This document shows positions 10,195-20,466 of a DNA stretch of 64,000 bases, piece by piece. Made by a program: the position numbers and the translations under genes. Source of the DNA: Anaerolineae bacterium. Lineage in GTDB: Bacteria; Chloroflexota; Anaerolineae; B4-G1; DUEL01. The notes under the pieces were generated by a model, which was given only the letters and a program-made list of their open reading frames with translations, did no database searches and had not been told where the DNA came from. Within the stretch, counting starts at the first letter, position 1. Each line of letters begins with the position of its first letter. The DNA lies in contig JASFWK010000001.1 in NCBI GenBank assembly GCA_050049355.1, positions 13,681-77,680 of the forward strand. Reading direction: 5' to 3'.

Positions 10195-11988
10195 ATGCCT
10201 ATGACTGTGAGCGAATTCGCCATAGACCAAGATTGGCAGTCGGATCGAAGTGGCCCGGCGCGCTGGATTCTTTCGCACGTGCTTCGGCACTGGCCAATCG
10301 CCCTGGGATTGCTTGGGGGCGCTCTAGGCAACGCTGCGCTGGCGGCGGCCATGCCTATCTTCACAGGCCGTGCCTTCGACGCGGTGATGGCTACCCCTCC
10401 TGACCTGTGGGGGTTGGGGGTGTCGGCCGGACTGGTGGCCGGGTCCCAATTGATACGAGGCATGCTCCAGCTGGGACGCAACTTCTCCGCTGAGACCCTG
10501 GGCCAGAGGCTTGAGCGGGACATCCGTGACGAATTGTACGTCAGCCTCATCGGCAAGAGCATGTCGTTCCACGACATGAGGCCTACGGGCGATCTGATGG
10601 CCCGTGCCGCTAACGATGTACGCGAGGTCAACTTGATGTTCAACCCCGGCCTCAACATGGTGATTGGGTCGGCCAACTTCCTCTTCATGCCGATCTTTGT
10701 CGCTCCATCCATTCATCCCCAGCTCGTCCTGATACCCTTGGCTTACCTTCTGATCTACTTCTTCATGGTACGGAGTTATCTGCGGCAGCTGCGCCCGGCC
10801 GCTGAACGGATCCGCCGCGAGTTCGGCCGGATGAACACTCGATTGGCTGAGGCGATCGAGGGCGTTGAGACGGTGAAGGGGGCAGCCCAGGAGGAACGCG
10901 AGATCAAGGGCTTCATCCGGGCGGTCGGCGATTGGCGTGATGCCTATTTAGCTCAAGCGGACATCGAGGCGCGCTTCATCCCGCTCCTGCTGCTGGGATT
11001 GCTCCAGGCGACTGGCCTCCTGCACAGCTTGCTGCTCTTCCGAGCTGGAGGTATCGGCGTGGGCGATGTCGTCTCCTTCAACGGGTTGCTGCTGCTCTTT
11101 GGCTTCCCGACCTTTGCGGCGCAGTTTGCCTATTCGCGCGTCTCGTCTGGTGTGGCCAGCGCACGACGCATTCTGGAGTTGATAAACGCCAGGACTGAAT
11201 TGGGTCATAACCCCAAGGGCCATGAGGCTCCTATGCAAGGGGAGGTAGTTTTCGAGGAGGTCACCTTCTGCTACACAGACTCTCGTCAGGGATGTCAGCT
11301 TGGGGAGGAAGAGGTGACGCTGGAGGAGATCGGTTTTCGAGTCGAACCGGGGCAGACGGTGGCCATCGTCGGGCAGACCGGCTCTGGCAAGAGCACCATA
11401 GCCAAGCTGATCAACCGCACCTACGATGTGGATGAAGGTAGGTTGCTGGTAGACGGGGTAGATGTGCGTGATTGGAACTTGGAGGCACTCCGTAGTCAGA
11501 TCTCGGTCATTGAGCAGGATATCTTCCTCTTCTCGCGCACTATTGGTGAGAACATCTCCTTTGGCTGCCGCGAAGCGACCCCCGAGGAGATTGAGGCGGC
11601 GGCGCGGGCGGCTCAGGCGCATGATTTCATCACCAGTTTCGAGAATGGTTACGACACGGTCATCGGCGAGCGGGGTGTCACGCTGTCCGGTGGGCAGCGG
11701 CAGCGCTTGGCGCTGGCGCGTGCCTTCTTGACGGAGCCGTCGATCTTGATCCTGGACGATGCGACAAGCGCGATAGACAGCGAGACTGAGGACCGCATCC
11801 AGCGTGCCATTGAGCGCGCCTCGGCGGGACGCACGACTTTCCTGATCACCCATCGACTTTCGCAGATCCGGTGGTCCGACCTCATCATCGTGCTGCGCAA
11901 AGGGCGTGTGGCAGCGGTCGGTACTCACGAGCAGCTGCTGCGTGAGTCGCCGGCGTACAGGAACATCTTCACACGGTATGAAAGGTAG
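10195..11988 (+). CDS. ABC exporter, fused permease/ATP-binding protein; first half of a heterodimeric pair
   Basis: N-terminal 6-TM domain; Walker [13 protein letters not shown] signature LSGGQRQR, Walker [11 protein letters not shown]. Confidence 0.9.
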   Translation: MPMTVSEFAIDQDWQSDRSGPARWILSHVLRHWPIALGLLGGALGNAALAAAMPIFTGRAFDAVMATPPDLWGLGVSAGLVAGSQLIRGMLQLGRNFSAETLGQRLERDIRDELYVSLIGKSMSFHDMRPTGDLMARAANDVREVNLMFNPGLNMVIGSANFLFMPIFVAPSIHPQLVLIPLAYLLIYFFMVRSYLRQLRPAAERIRREFGRMNTRLAEAIEGVETVKGAAQEEREIKGFIRAVGDWRDAYLAQADIEARFIPLLLLGLLQATGLLHSLLLFRAGGIGVGDVVSFNGLLLLFGFPTFAAQFAYSRVSSGVASARRILELINARTELGHNPKGHEAPMQGEVVFEEVTFCYTDSRQGCQLGEEEVTLEEIGFRVEPGQTVAIVGQTGSGKSTIAKLINRTYDVDEGRLLVDGVDVRDWNLEALRSQISVIEQDIFLFSRTIGENISFGCREATPEEIEAAARAAQAHDFITSFENGYDTVIGERGVTLSGGQRQRLALARAFLTEPSILILDDATSAIDSETEDRIQRAIERASAGRTTFLITHRLSQIRWSDLIIVLRKGRVAAVGTHEQLLRESPAYRNIFTRYER

Positions 11989-12016
11989 ACGGCAGGCAGC
12001 GGACGGCTTCTGAGCT

Positions 12017-13852
12017 ATGGGCATTTTTCACGGTTTGAGGGCCAAGGCTTACGATCGGCAGTATGGCGACTGGGAGCTGCTGCGGCGGATATTCGGTTAC
12101 TTCGCGCCCCATCGTGGCGGGGTCCTCGTCGTGGCTCTTCTGATCTCAGGGGTTGCGTTGGCGGGGGCTGTGCAGCCCTTCGTCGTGTCACGCGGGCTGG
12201 ACGCACTCGTGGAGGAGCCTCAGAGACTGGGCGTGCTGTTGGGTCTGGTGGCGGCTGTCCTGGCGATTGGCGTCCTCAACTGGGCTGGGAACTGGTTACG
12301 TCGTCGGCTGACCGCTCGCATCATCGGCGACGTCGTGCTCGCGCTGCGCAGCGACACTTTTGCGGCCTCGGTGCGGCACGATATGTCATTCTTCGACGAG
12401 TTCCGCTCTGGGCGCATCATCAGCCGCATCACCTCCGATACAGAAGAGTTCGCGCGGGTGGTGCAGCTAGTGACTGATCTGCTCAGCCGATTGATGCAAG
12501 TCGTCATCCTGACGATTGCCTTGCTCACTGTCTCCTGGCGGCTGACACTGATGGTGTTGGCGTTCGCTCCGCTGGTGACCTTGCTGGCGCTCGGCTTCCG
12601 GCGCCTGGCGCGCAAAGTCACGCGCCGAGGCTTTCGAGTACTGGCCGAGGTCAACGCTGTCATCCAGGAGGCGGTGACCGGCATCAGCGTGGCCAAGAAC
12701 TTCCGCCAAGAGGCGACGATCTATGCCGAGTTCGCCGAGGTCAATCGCCAGTCGTACAGGGTCAACCTGCGGAGAGGGTTTGCGCTTTCGATGTTGTTCC
12801 CGGCGCTGGACGCGCTGGCCGGTGTGGGAACGGCGGTGGTGGTCTATGGGGGCGGGCTGCCAACCGCTGCCGGCGTGATCTCGGTCGGCAGCTGGTATCT
12901 CTTTGTGGTCAGCCTGAGGCGATTCTGGTTCCCGATGATCGGCGTAGCCGCCTTCTGGAGTCAGTTCCAGGGAGGGCTTTCGGCATCTGAACGGATTTTC
13001 GCTCTGATTGACGCCGAGCCGACGGTGCGACAGATCGAAGAGCTGCCGGTGAAGCGATTGCGCGGCGAGATTCGGTTTGAGGGAGTGAATTTCCGCTATA
13101 CGGAGCAGCAGGAACAGGTGCTGGAGGACTTCTCGCTGCACATTGCGCCTGGGGAGAGCGTGGCGCTGGTAGGTCACACTGGAGCAGGCAAGACCAGCAT
13201 CGCTAGACTGATCGCCCGTTTCTACGAATTCCAGGAGGGGCAGATCACGGTAGATGGCCGGGATACTCGCACCTTTGACCTGAAGGACTACCGTCGTCAT
13301 CTTGGCATTGTCTCGCAGATGCCTTTCTTGTTCTCAGGGACAGTCGCTGAGAATATCCGCTATGCTTGCCCTGAGCTGACCGAGGCCGAGATCGTGGAAC
13401 TGGCGCGGCAGATTGGCGAGGGGGAGTGGCTGGAGACACTCCCCGCCGGGCTCGCCACCGACGTGGGTGAGCGGGGATCACGGCTTTCTATGGGGCAGCG
13501 TCAGCTGGTGGCGCTGATGCGGGTGCTGGTTCAGTCGCCGGCGATATTCATCTTGGATGAGGCGACCGCCAGCATTGATCCTTTCACCGAGGCCCAGATC
13601 CAGGAGGCCACGGAGCTGATTCTTCGGCGCAGCACTTCGATTTTGATCGCGCACCGGCTTTCAACCGTGCGCGCGGTGGACCGCATCATCGTGCTGAAGC
13701 AGGGGCGCATCATAGAGGAGGGAAGCCACGACGAGTTGATGGCCCAGGACGGTCACTATGCCCAGCTCTACGATACCTACTTCCGCCACCAGTCGCTCGA
13801 CTATGTGAAGGAAGTGGGGGAACGGCGGCGCCAGGGAGTGGCTGCTGGGTAG
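12017..13852 (+). CDS. ABC exporter, fused permease/ATP-binding protein; second half
   Basis: Walker A GHTGAGKTS, signature LSMGQRQL, Walker B IFILDEATAS. Lies 29 nt after the first ABC gene. Confidence 0.9.
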   Translation: MGIFHGLRAKAYDRQYGDWELLRRIFGYFAPHRGGVLVVALLISGVALAGAVQPFVVSRGLDALVEEPQRLGVLLGLVAAVLAIGVLNWAGNWLRRRLTARIIGDVVLALRSDTFAASVRHDMSFFDEFRSGRIISRITSDTEEFARVVQLVTDLLSRLMQVVILTIALLTVSWRLTLMVLAFAPLVTLLALGFRRLARKVTRRGFRVLAEVNAVIQEAVTGISVAKNFRQEATIYAEFAEVNRQSYRVNLRRGFALSMLFPALDALAGVGTAVVVYGGGLPTAAGVISVGSWYLFVVSLRRFWFPMIGVAAFWSQFQGGLSASERIFALIDAEPTVRQIEELPVKRLRGEIRFEGVNFRYTEQQEQVLEDFSLHIAPGESVALVGHTGAGKTSIARLIARFYEFQEGQITVDGRDTRTFDLKDYRRHLGIVSQMPFLFSGTVAENIRYACPELTEAEIVELARQIGEGEWLETLPAGLATDVGERGSRLSMGQRQLVALMRVLVQSPAIFILDEATASIDPFTEAQIQEATELILRRSTSILIAHRLSTVRAVDRIIVLKQGRIIEEGSHDELMAQDGHYAQLYDTYFRHQSLDYVKEVGERRRQGVAAG

Positions 13853-13910
13853 TCGGGACGCGCGGCACCGGGGCCCAGACCCGGTCACGAGTGGGCAGTT
13901 TGAGGCGATT

Positions 13911-15008
13911 CTAGAGGATTGTCAACTCGCGAGGGAAGGTGGTCAGGCTTTGGACGCCTTCAGGGGTGATTACGACGTCGTCCTCAATTCGGACGCCGCC
14001 CTGCCGGGGTAAGTAAATCCCCGGTTCGATGGTGAAGGTCATCCCTGGCTGCAGCCGCTCCTGGTTGCCCTTTACGATATAGGGGAGCTCGTGCCCTTCG
14101 AGCCCGAGGCCGTGGCCGGTGCGGTGGACGAAGTAGTCGCCGTACCCAGCTGCCTCAATCGCCGCCCTCGCTGCCTGATCTACGTCCTGGGCGGGCACGC
14201 CTGGGGCCGCCTTGGCGCGCCCGGCTGCGTTGGCCTCTTTCACTACCTCGTAGACCCGCTGCATCTCCTCTGGCAACCCTTCGATGGCGATGGTGCGCGT
14301 GATGTCGGAGGCGTAGCCTCCTACGGTGGCACCACAGTCTATGACGATCGTCTCTCCTGGGCGGATGGGCCGATCGGAGGGTACAGCGTGAGGGGACGCG
14401 GCGTTGGGGCCGGAGATGACAATAGGCTGAAAGGGCACTCCTTCCGCGCCAGCTTGCAGGATCTCCACCGTCAGTAGTCCCGCCACCTCGAGCTCGCTCA
14501 TGCCGACCTGCAGTTGGGCGAAGGTCTCCTCGAGGGCAGCTTCGGCGACCTCGGCTGCCCGCCGCATGCGGGACAGTTCCTCAGTGTCCTTCCGCATTCG
14601 CAGTCTGCCCACCACGTCGTCGGCGGGGATCAGCCTGCAGCCAGGGGCATATCGCTCCAGGTAGCGGATCTCCGTCAGCCGCATGCGAAGCTCTTCGACA
14701 CCGATGTGCGCCTCCGCTAGTTCCAGAGCCGCGCAGGCCTGGTGGAAGGCCAGCGCTGGTCCTTTCTCGTCGGTGTAGGAGAAGTCCTCCAGGACGTAGG
14801 CGCCCTGCTTCAGCTTGGGCGCCTCGAGTGAGGGCAGTACAATCGCTGGTGGGGAGTCCACTGGGAAGAGCGCCACCACTGGCCGCTCGCTCAAGTGGAA
14901 GGAGAGGCCAGTGAGGTAGAAGAGGTTGGCCCCGGGCACGAGCGCCACGCAGTCCATCCCCTTCAGTCCCGCGGCCTCTCGAAGTCGACTCAGGCGCTCC
15001 CTATGCAT
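13911..15008 (-). CDS. M24 family Xaa-Pro aminopeptidase / metallopeptidase
   Basis: Creatinase/prolidase N-domain plus pita-bread catalytic domain (HRTGHGLGLEGHE). Confidence 0.85.
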   Translation of the reverse strand: MHRERLSRLREAAGLKGMDCVALVPGANLFYLTGLSFHLSERPVVALFPVDSPPAIVLPSLEAPKLKQGAYVLEDFSYTDEKGPALAFHQACAALELAEAHIGVEELRMRLTEIRYLERYAPGCRLIPADDVVGRLRMRKDTEELSRMRRAAEVAEAALEETFAQLQVGMSELEVAGLLTVEILQAGAEGVPFQPIVISGPNAASPHAVPSDRPIRPGETIVIDCGATVGGYASDITRTIAIEGLPEEMQRVYEVVKEANAAGRAKAAPGVPAQDVDQAARAAIEAAGYGDYFVHRTGHGLGLEGHELPYIVKGNQERLQPGMTFTIEPGIYLPRQGGVRIEDDVVITPEGVQSLTTFPRELTIL

Positions 15009-15464
15009 TTGATCACCCCTGGATTTCGCCTACTCGGCTCGCTGTCAAGCCGGGTCGTGGCTGCGTCGAGGTCGTGGTCGCTGCTCGGCCTCCATCTGGT
15101 ATCGCATTATACGCTTTTCCGTCGGTTTGGACAACTGATCATTCGCCCTTCGACCCTCGCTGACCTTCCCGAAAGCTGTGGCGCTGCTCTGGCTGGTGCG
15201 AATCGCTTCTCTATGATCCTCTAATTCCCCAGTACTCAAGAAGCCTTTGGGAAGGTTCGCTTTGTGTCTGCTTGCGTTCCATCATGTATCCTCTATAATA
15301 CTTTTCACCTGTTTCTTCAGGTCGGGGTACCGTGGTCATAGGCGGTCCGGCCTCCATCATCTTCGTCCTCTGCGGCACCCTTCGATACTGCTCGACTACT
15401 CACGTGGGTAAGCAGTATGGGGGGCCGTGAGACGTGATGGGTAGTAAGCCAAAGGAGAGAGACG

Positions 15465-16100
15465 ATGAAGGAGCGGCTGAGCAGAGCTTGGCGGGCGTTC
15501 GCCAGCGTCGCCACCATCTTCTCGTTCGTGGTCAACTTGGTTCTGGTGGTGGCCTTGATCCTGGCGATCAATCCGCTGTTCCAGACCAAGAATGACGTGA
15601 TCGAACCGCTGCTGCAGAAGCTGGATCGGGCTTTCGTAGGACTGGGCGAGGCCCGGGTCGAGACGAACGTAGAAGTAGAGAGACCTATTGGAATCCGCTT
15701 CGACCTGCCGATAGAGGATGAACCCCTGGGCTTGGACTTCGATCTGCCCATCAATCAGGAGACGGTGGTGGTGCTGACCCAACCAACCCGTGTCGAAGGC
15801 GTGGAGATCAACTTCGTCTTGCCTGCCGGAGGGGGGGTGATCAACGGCTCCGGATCGATAGTCCTCCCCGCTGAGACCGCCCTACCGGTCCGTTTGGATA
15901 TGGTGGTGCCGGTGGAGAGAACCATCCCGGTCAGCATGACAGTCCCGGTGAGCCAGACTGTCCCTGTGGAGATGGATATTCCCGTGAGCATCCAGCTGGG
16001 AGAGGCCGGGCTTGAGCCGGCTGTGCAGCGGCTGCGGGATGTCTTCGCTCCACTGCGTCTCGCTCTCGAAAGGCTGCCGGACGGGATTGAACTGCGATGA
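15465..16100 (+). CDS. Hypothetical membrane-anchored protein
   Basis: 211 aa with an N-terminal TM; first gene of a three-gene +strand block. Confidence 0.5.
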   Translation: MKERLSRAWRAFASVATIFSFVVNLVLVVALILAINPLFQTKNDVIEPLLQKLDRAFVGLGEARVETNVEVERPIGIRFDLPIEDEPLGLDFDLPINQETVVVLTQPTRVEGVEINFVLPAGGGVINGSGSIVLPAETALPVRLDMVVPVERTIPVSMTVPVSQTVPVEMDIPVSIQLGEAGLEPAVQRLRDVFAPLRLALERLPDGIELR

Positions 16101-16104
16101 TGGG

Positions 16105-17007
16105 ATGATGAGCCAGCGACTGATCTGCGACTACGAGGGCTCTGCCTACCGCACCCAGTTCTGGGGGCAGGGGAGGGAATACGAGGATGCCGTCGAGCGG
16201 GTGGCGATGGGAGCGCTGCTGCCTCCCACCGGCCGCCGCCTGATCGAGATCGGCGCAGGCTTCGGGCGCTTGGTTGACCTCTACCGTGGCTATGAGCAGG
16301 TGGTCCTACTTGACTATGCTCGCTCTCAACTTCTGCAGGCGCGGGAGCGACTGGGGAACTCTGGCCCCCAGGGCCAGCCCCGCTACCTCTACGTGCGGGG
16401 CGATTTCTACCATCTCCCTTTCGCCAGCGGACTCTTTGACACAGTAGCGATGGTCCGCACCCTCCACCACGCCGTCGACGCCCCGGCGGTCCTGAAGGGT
16501 GCGGGGCGCATCTTGGCTCCCGCCGGTGCCTTCGTGCTGGAGTTCGCCAACAAGCGCAACCTCAAGGCTATCCTGCGCTATCTGCTGCGCGGGCAGTCGT
16601 GGTCTCCATTTGACCTGGAGCCAGTGGAGTTTGTAAAGCTGAACTTCGACTTCCACCCAGCTTGGATCCGCCACCACCTGGCAGCGGCGGGGCTGCGGGT
16701 CGAGCGGGTACGGGCGCTCTCCTTCTTCCGCCTGGAGTTCCTTAAGCGCACGGTACCCACGGGCGTGTTGGTCATGCTGGACCGGCTGCTTCAGCCGACG
16801 GGGGCTCTTTGCCAGCTGACTCCCAGCGTATTCCTCCGCGCCGCCGCTGCGGCGGACAAACCGCCCGCCCCCTCGGGGGCCTTCTTCCGCTGCACCGCGT
16901 GCAACTCGACCACGCTGGTGGATGAGGCGGACGAGTTGACCTGCGGCGACTGCGGCACCGGTTTTCCTGTGCAGGATGGGATCTACGACTTCGTGGTGGA
17001 GGAGTGA
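16105..17007 (+). CDS. Class I SAM-dependent methyltransferase with a C-terminal Trm112-like zinc ribbon. The start is trimmed to ATG 16105, just after the upstream stop.
   Basis: SAM-binding motif IEIGAGFGRL and acidic motif II LLDYA; C-terminal CTACNS...CGDCG zinc-ribbon. Confidence 0.8.
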   Translation: MMSQRLICDYEGSAYRTQFWGQGREYEDAVERVAMGALLPPTGRRLIEIGAGFGRLVDLYRGYEQVVLLDYARSQLLQARERLGNSGPQGQPRYLYVRGDFYHLPFASGLFDTVAMVRTLHHAVDAPAVLKGAGRILAPAGAFVLEFANKRNLKAILRYLLRGQSWSPFDLEPVEFVKLNFDFHPAWIRHHLAAAGLRVERVRALSFFRLEFLKRTVPTGVLVMLDRLLQPTGALCQLTPSVFLRAAAAADKPPAPSGAFFRCTACNSTTLVDEADELTCGDCGTGFPVQDGIYDFVVEE

Positions 17008-17426
17008 TGAGTCGGTATGAGCCACTCTTCGCCGGCTTGGTCTATAACGAGGAAGGTGAGGCGGCGAAGGTGGTCTACGTGGCCGGTGAGCCCTTCTATG
17101 CCATCCCCCACGGCGATTTCCTCAGACATGTTGAGGCCATTGAGGTAGATCGGCAGGTGATGGCCCATTTGAAGGAACGCCTCCTGCCGATGAAAGATGC
17201 GCTGGTGGAGGGAGTGATGGAATTGACGGGAAGCGATGATCCCTTCAGTCAAGCGGCCATCGAGAGCAGCCTGGAGAACATGGATCGCATCCTCGAGATG
17301 GAACGGGATGCGACCACCCTTGAGGACATGCGATTGTGGCTCTGGATGAGCGGCTTTCAGGTGAGGGTGGACGTACACGGTGAGGTGGTGCTGGTAAAAC
17401 TCCCGGGGGTGGATGAGCCGCAGTAG
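17004..17426 (+). CDS. Hypothetical protein translationally coupled to the methyltransferase (GTGATG overlap)
   Basis: 140-aa ORF with a 4-nt stop/start overlap. Confidence 0.55.
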   Translation: MMSRYEPLFAGLVYNEEGEAAKVVYVAGEPFYAIPHGDFLRHVEAIEVDRQVMAHLKERLLPMKDALVEGVMELTGSDDPFSQAAIESSLENMDRILEMERDATTLEDMRLWLWMSGFQVRVDVHGEVVLVKLPGVDEPQ

Positions 17427-17616
17427 CTGTGGCTACCATCTTGTTCACAAACGCCCTGGCCTCCACGGAGAAGCGGCCCTCTGGACGTGAGATCTTCCAC
17501 GCTCAGAGGGCTGTTGTCAGGTCGGGGTTCAAGAGCTCTTAACGGCGGTCACCTCCCTGGATCCCCCCTGTGAACCGCCCCTAACGGATTGCCATAGGCC
17601 TCCCTGACTGCAATGG

Positions 17617-17645
17617 TTGACAGTTTACCCCCTTTCAGCTAAAAT
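17617..17645 (+). promoter_or_regulatory. Sigma-70-type promoter for alaS
   Basis: TTGACA (17617-17622), 17-nt spacer, TAAAAT (17640-17645). It is followed by a CCCCCTCAGGGGG hairpin that overlaps the RBS. Confidence 0.5.
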
Positions 17646-17677
17646 GACTCGCGCCCCCTCAGGGGGAGGTTTTGGTT

Positions 17678-20428
17678 ATGACTAAGAAGTGGACCAGTGC
17701 AGAGGTAAGGAAGAGCTTTCTGGATTTCTTCGCTGCCAGAGGACATACGATCGTGCCTAGCGCCAGCCTGGTGCCGACTGACGATCCGACCCTGCTCTTC
17801 ACCAATGCTGGGATGAACCAGTTCAAGGACGTCTTCCTCGGGATCGGCACCCGCTCCTACAACCGCGCGGCCGACACCCAGAAGGTCATGCGGGTCTCTG
17901 GCAAGCACAACGACCTTGAGGATGTTGGCCGAGATGGTCACCACCATACCTTCTTCGAGATGCTCGGCAACTGGTCCTTCGGCGATTACTACAAGAGGGA
18001 GATGATTGGCTGGGCCTGGGAGCTGCTCACCGAGGTGTGGGAGCTCCCCAGGGAGCGGATCTGGGCCACCTGCTTCGAGGACGACAAAGGGGGGCTGGGG
18101 CGAGACGATGAGGCGGCTGGATACTGGCGTTCGGAGACGGACATAGACCCTTCTCATATCCTCTTCTTCGGCCGCAAGGACAACTTCTGGGAGATGGGGG
18201 ACACGGGCCCCTGCGGTCCCTGCAGCGAGATTCACTTCGATCGCGGCCCTGAGTTCTGTGAATGCAAGGACGACCCTGATCACGTCTGCGGTGTCAACAC
18301 TGACTGTAGCCGTTTCCTGGAGCTGTGGAATCTGGTCTTCATCCAATACGACCACAAGGGAGATGGCACCCTGGAGCCACTGCCCGATTGCCACGTAGAC
18401 ACAGGAGCGGGGTTCGAGCGCCTGGTGGCGGTTCTGCAGGGAGCGGATTCCAATTACGGCACCGATCTCTTCACTCCCGTTATGGACCGGGTGCAGCAGA
18501 TGCTGGGTCACAGTGACGCCGAGCGTGAGGAGAATCTCGTCGGCTACCGCGTCATCGCCGACCACGCCCGGGCGGTGACCTTTCTCATCGGCGACGGTGT
18601 GCTGCCAGGCAGCGATGGGCGCAACTACGTCCTGCGGATGATTCTGCGGCGGGCCGTCCGGTTCGGACGGAAACTCGGCTTCACCGAGCCTTTCCTGGAC
18701 GAGGTCGCCAAGATCGTTATCAAGATGATGAGCCCGGTCTTTCTAGAGCTGGAGAAACGTCGGGAGTTCATCCTCACCACCATCCGCCGGGAGGAGGAGC
18801 GGTTCCTGCGCACCTTGGATCTTGGCCTGGAGCGGCTGGACGAGGTGCTGTCGGATGTGGAGGTGGGGGGTGATGCGGTGATCCCCGGCGAGGAGGCCTT
18901 TCGCCTCTACGATACTTTCGGCTTGCCTCTCGAGATTACCCGCGATGTGGCCGAGGAGAGCGGGTTCACGGTGGATGAGGAAGGGTACCGGGTCGCGCTG
19001 GAGGCTCAGCGAGCGCGAGCGCGGGCAGCGGATGTCTTTGAGGCGGCGGACGATGAGAGCCTTCGGGTCTACCAGGACAAGCTGGAGGATCTTCAGGAGC
19101 AGGGGATTCTGGGATCGGAGGGGGTCGGGTACCAGCCCCACTCGACGACGGAACTGGAGACGTCCATCGCTGCCATCCTGAGAGATGGCGAGGCGGTGAG
19201 CTCGGCACAGGTGGGCGACCGGGTGGAGGTGGTCACGCCGGTGACCTGCTTCTACGTCGAGTCGGGCGGTCAGATCTCCGATACTGGCTCCATCACTGTC
19301 TTCCCAGATGAGGCGAATGGGCCCTCATCGGAGATTGTCGTCGAGGACGTGCGGCAGCCAGTGGAGGGTCTCATCGTCCACGTGGGCGAGGTGAGGCTGG
19401 GAGAGCCCCGTGTGGGAGATGACGCCTGGGCGTTGGTGGACTACGAACGACGAATGGACATCGCACGCAACCACACTGCCACCCACCTTCTGCACCACGA
19501 GCTTCGTTATGTCTTGGGCGAACATGTCCAGCAGGCTGGCTCTCTGGTCGCTCCCGACCGGCTCCGCTTCGACTTCACCCATCCCACCGTGCCCACGCAA
19601 GAGGAGTTGGACGAGGTGGCTCTTTCTGTGAACGAAGCCATTCTGGCCAACTACCCGGTCGTGTGGGAGTACGAGTCCTATCGACAAGCGCTTGATGAGG
19701 GGGTGATCGCCCTCTTCGGCGAGAAGTACGGCGACGTGGCGCGGGTGCTCCGGATCGGCTTGCCGGGTGAACCCTTCAGCCAGGAGCTGTGCGGCGGTAC
19801 CCATGTCAACGAGACTGGGGAGATCGGCTTCTTCCACATCGTCTCCGAGCAGGGGATCGGAGCTGGTATTCGGCGGATCGAGGCGGTCACCGGCCGGTGG
19901 GCGGTGCAGTGGGTAGAGCAGCATCTACGCGTGCTGGAGCGGACTGGCGATCGCCTGCTCTGTCAGCCGGACGAGGTTGATCGCCATGTGCTCGACCTGA
20001 TGGAGGAGCTTGAGGCTGCGCGTAGTGAGATCTCCAGCCTCCAGCAGCGGCTGGCTCAGCAGGAGTTCGTACGGCTGTTGGAGCAAGTCCAGCGCATTCA
20101 GGATGTGCCGCTTCTCGTGGCGCGGGTCGATGCCCCAGATAGGGATACGCTGCGGGAGATGACTGATTGGTTCCGCGATCGCTTCGAGTCAGGAGTCATC
20201 CTACTGGGTACCACGTTGGATGGCCAGCCAGCACTGGTGGCCGCGGTTACCGAGGATCTTGTGGAGCGCGGGCTGGATGCGGTGAGGCTGGTTCAGAAGG
20301 TCGCCCGGGAGGTAGATGGCGGCGGTGGAGGGCGGCCAACGTTGGCCCAGGCCGGCGGCAAGAATGCTCACAAGCTCGATGAGGCGCTGCAGCAGGTTCC
20401 CCGCCTGCTTGAGGAATTGCTGGAGTAG
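17678..20428 (+). CDS. alaS: Alanine--tRNA ligase
   Basis: Class II aaRS core (FTNAGMNQFK), editing-domain HxxxH/CxxxH motifs (HTATHLLHH...CGGTH), C-terminal DHHA1 domain. RBS AGGGGGAGG lies 8 nt upstream of the ATG. Confidence 0.95.
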   Translation: MTKKWTSAEVRKSFLDFFAARGHTIVPSASLVPTDDPTLLFTNAGMNQFKDVFLGIGTRSYNRAADTQKVMRVSGKHNDLEDVGRDGHHHTFFEMLGNWSFGDYYKREMIGWAWELLTEVWELPRERIWATCFEDDKGGLGRDDEAAGYWRSETDIDPSHILFFGRKDNFWEMGDTGPCGPCSEIHFDRGPEFCECKDDPDHVCGVNTDCSRFLELWNLVFIQYDHKGDGTLEPLPDCHVDTGAGFERLVAVLQGADSNYGTDLFTPVMDRVQQMLGHSDAEREENLVGYRVIADHARAVTFLIGDGVLPGSDGRNYVLRMILRRAVRFGRKLGFTEPFLDEVAKIVIKMMSPVFLELEKRREFILTTIRREEERFLRTLDLGLERLDEVLSDVEVGGDAVIPGEEAFRLYDTFGLPLEITRDVAEESGFTVDEEGYRVALEAQRARARAADVFEAADDESLRVYQDKLEDLQEQGILGSEGVGYQPHSTTELETSIAAILRDGEAVSSAQVGDRVEVVTPVTCFYVESGGQISDTGSITVFPDEANGPSSEIVVEDVRQPVEGLIVHVGEVRLGEPRVGDDAWALVDYERRMDIARNHTATHLLHHELRYVLGEHVQQAGSLVAPDRLRFDFTHPTVPTQEELDEVALSVNEAILANYPVVWEYESYRQALDEGVIALFGEKYGDVARVLRIGLPGEPFSQELCGGTHVNETGEIGFFHIVSEQGIGAGIRRIEAVTGRWAVQWVEQHLRVLERTGDRLLCQPDEVDRHVLDLMEELEAARSEISSLQQRLAQQEFVRLLEQVQRIQDVPLLVARVDAPDRDTLREMTDWFRDRFESGVILLGTTLDGQPALVAAVTEDLVERGLDAVRLVQKVAREVDGGGGGRPTLAQAGGKNAHKLDEALQQVPRLLEELLE

Positions 20429-20466
20429 GCAGGGCGGCGCGCCTGCCTGTCGGGCACTCTACTTCT

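Noticed and set aside
17430-17616. T-box leader upstream of alaS
   Set aside because: No AGGGTGGNACCGCG-type T-box sequence or specifier-loop architecture is visible; only a sigma-70 promoter and a short hairpin.
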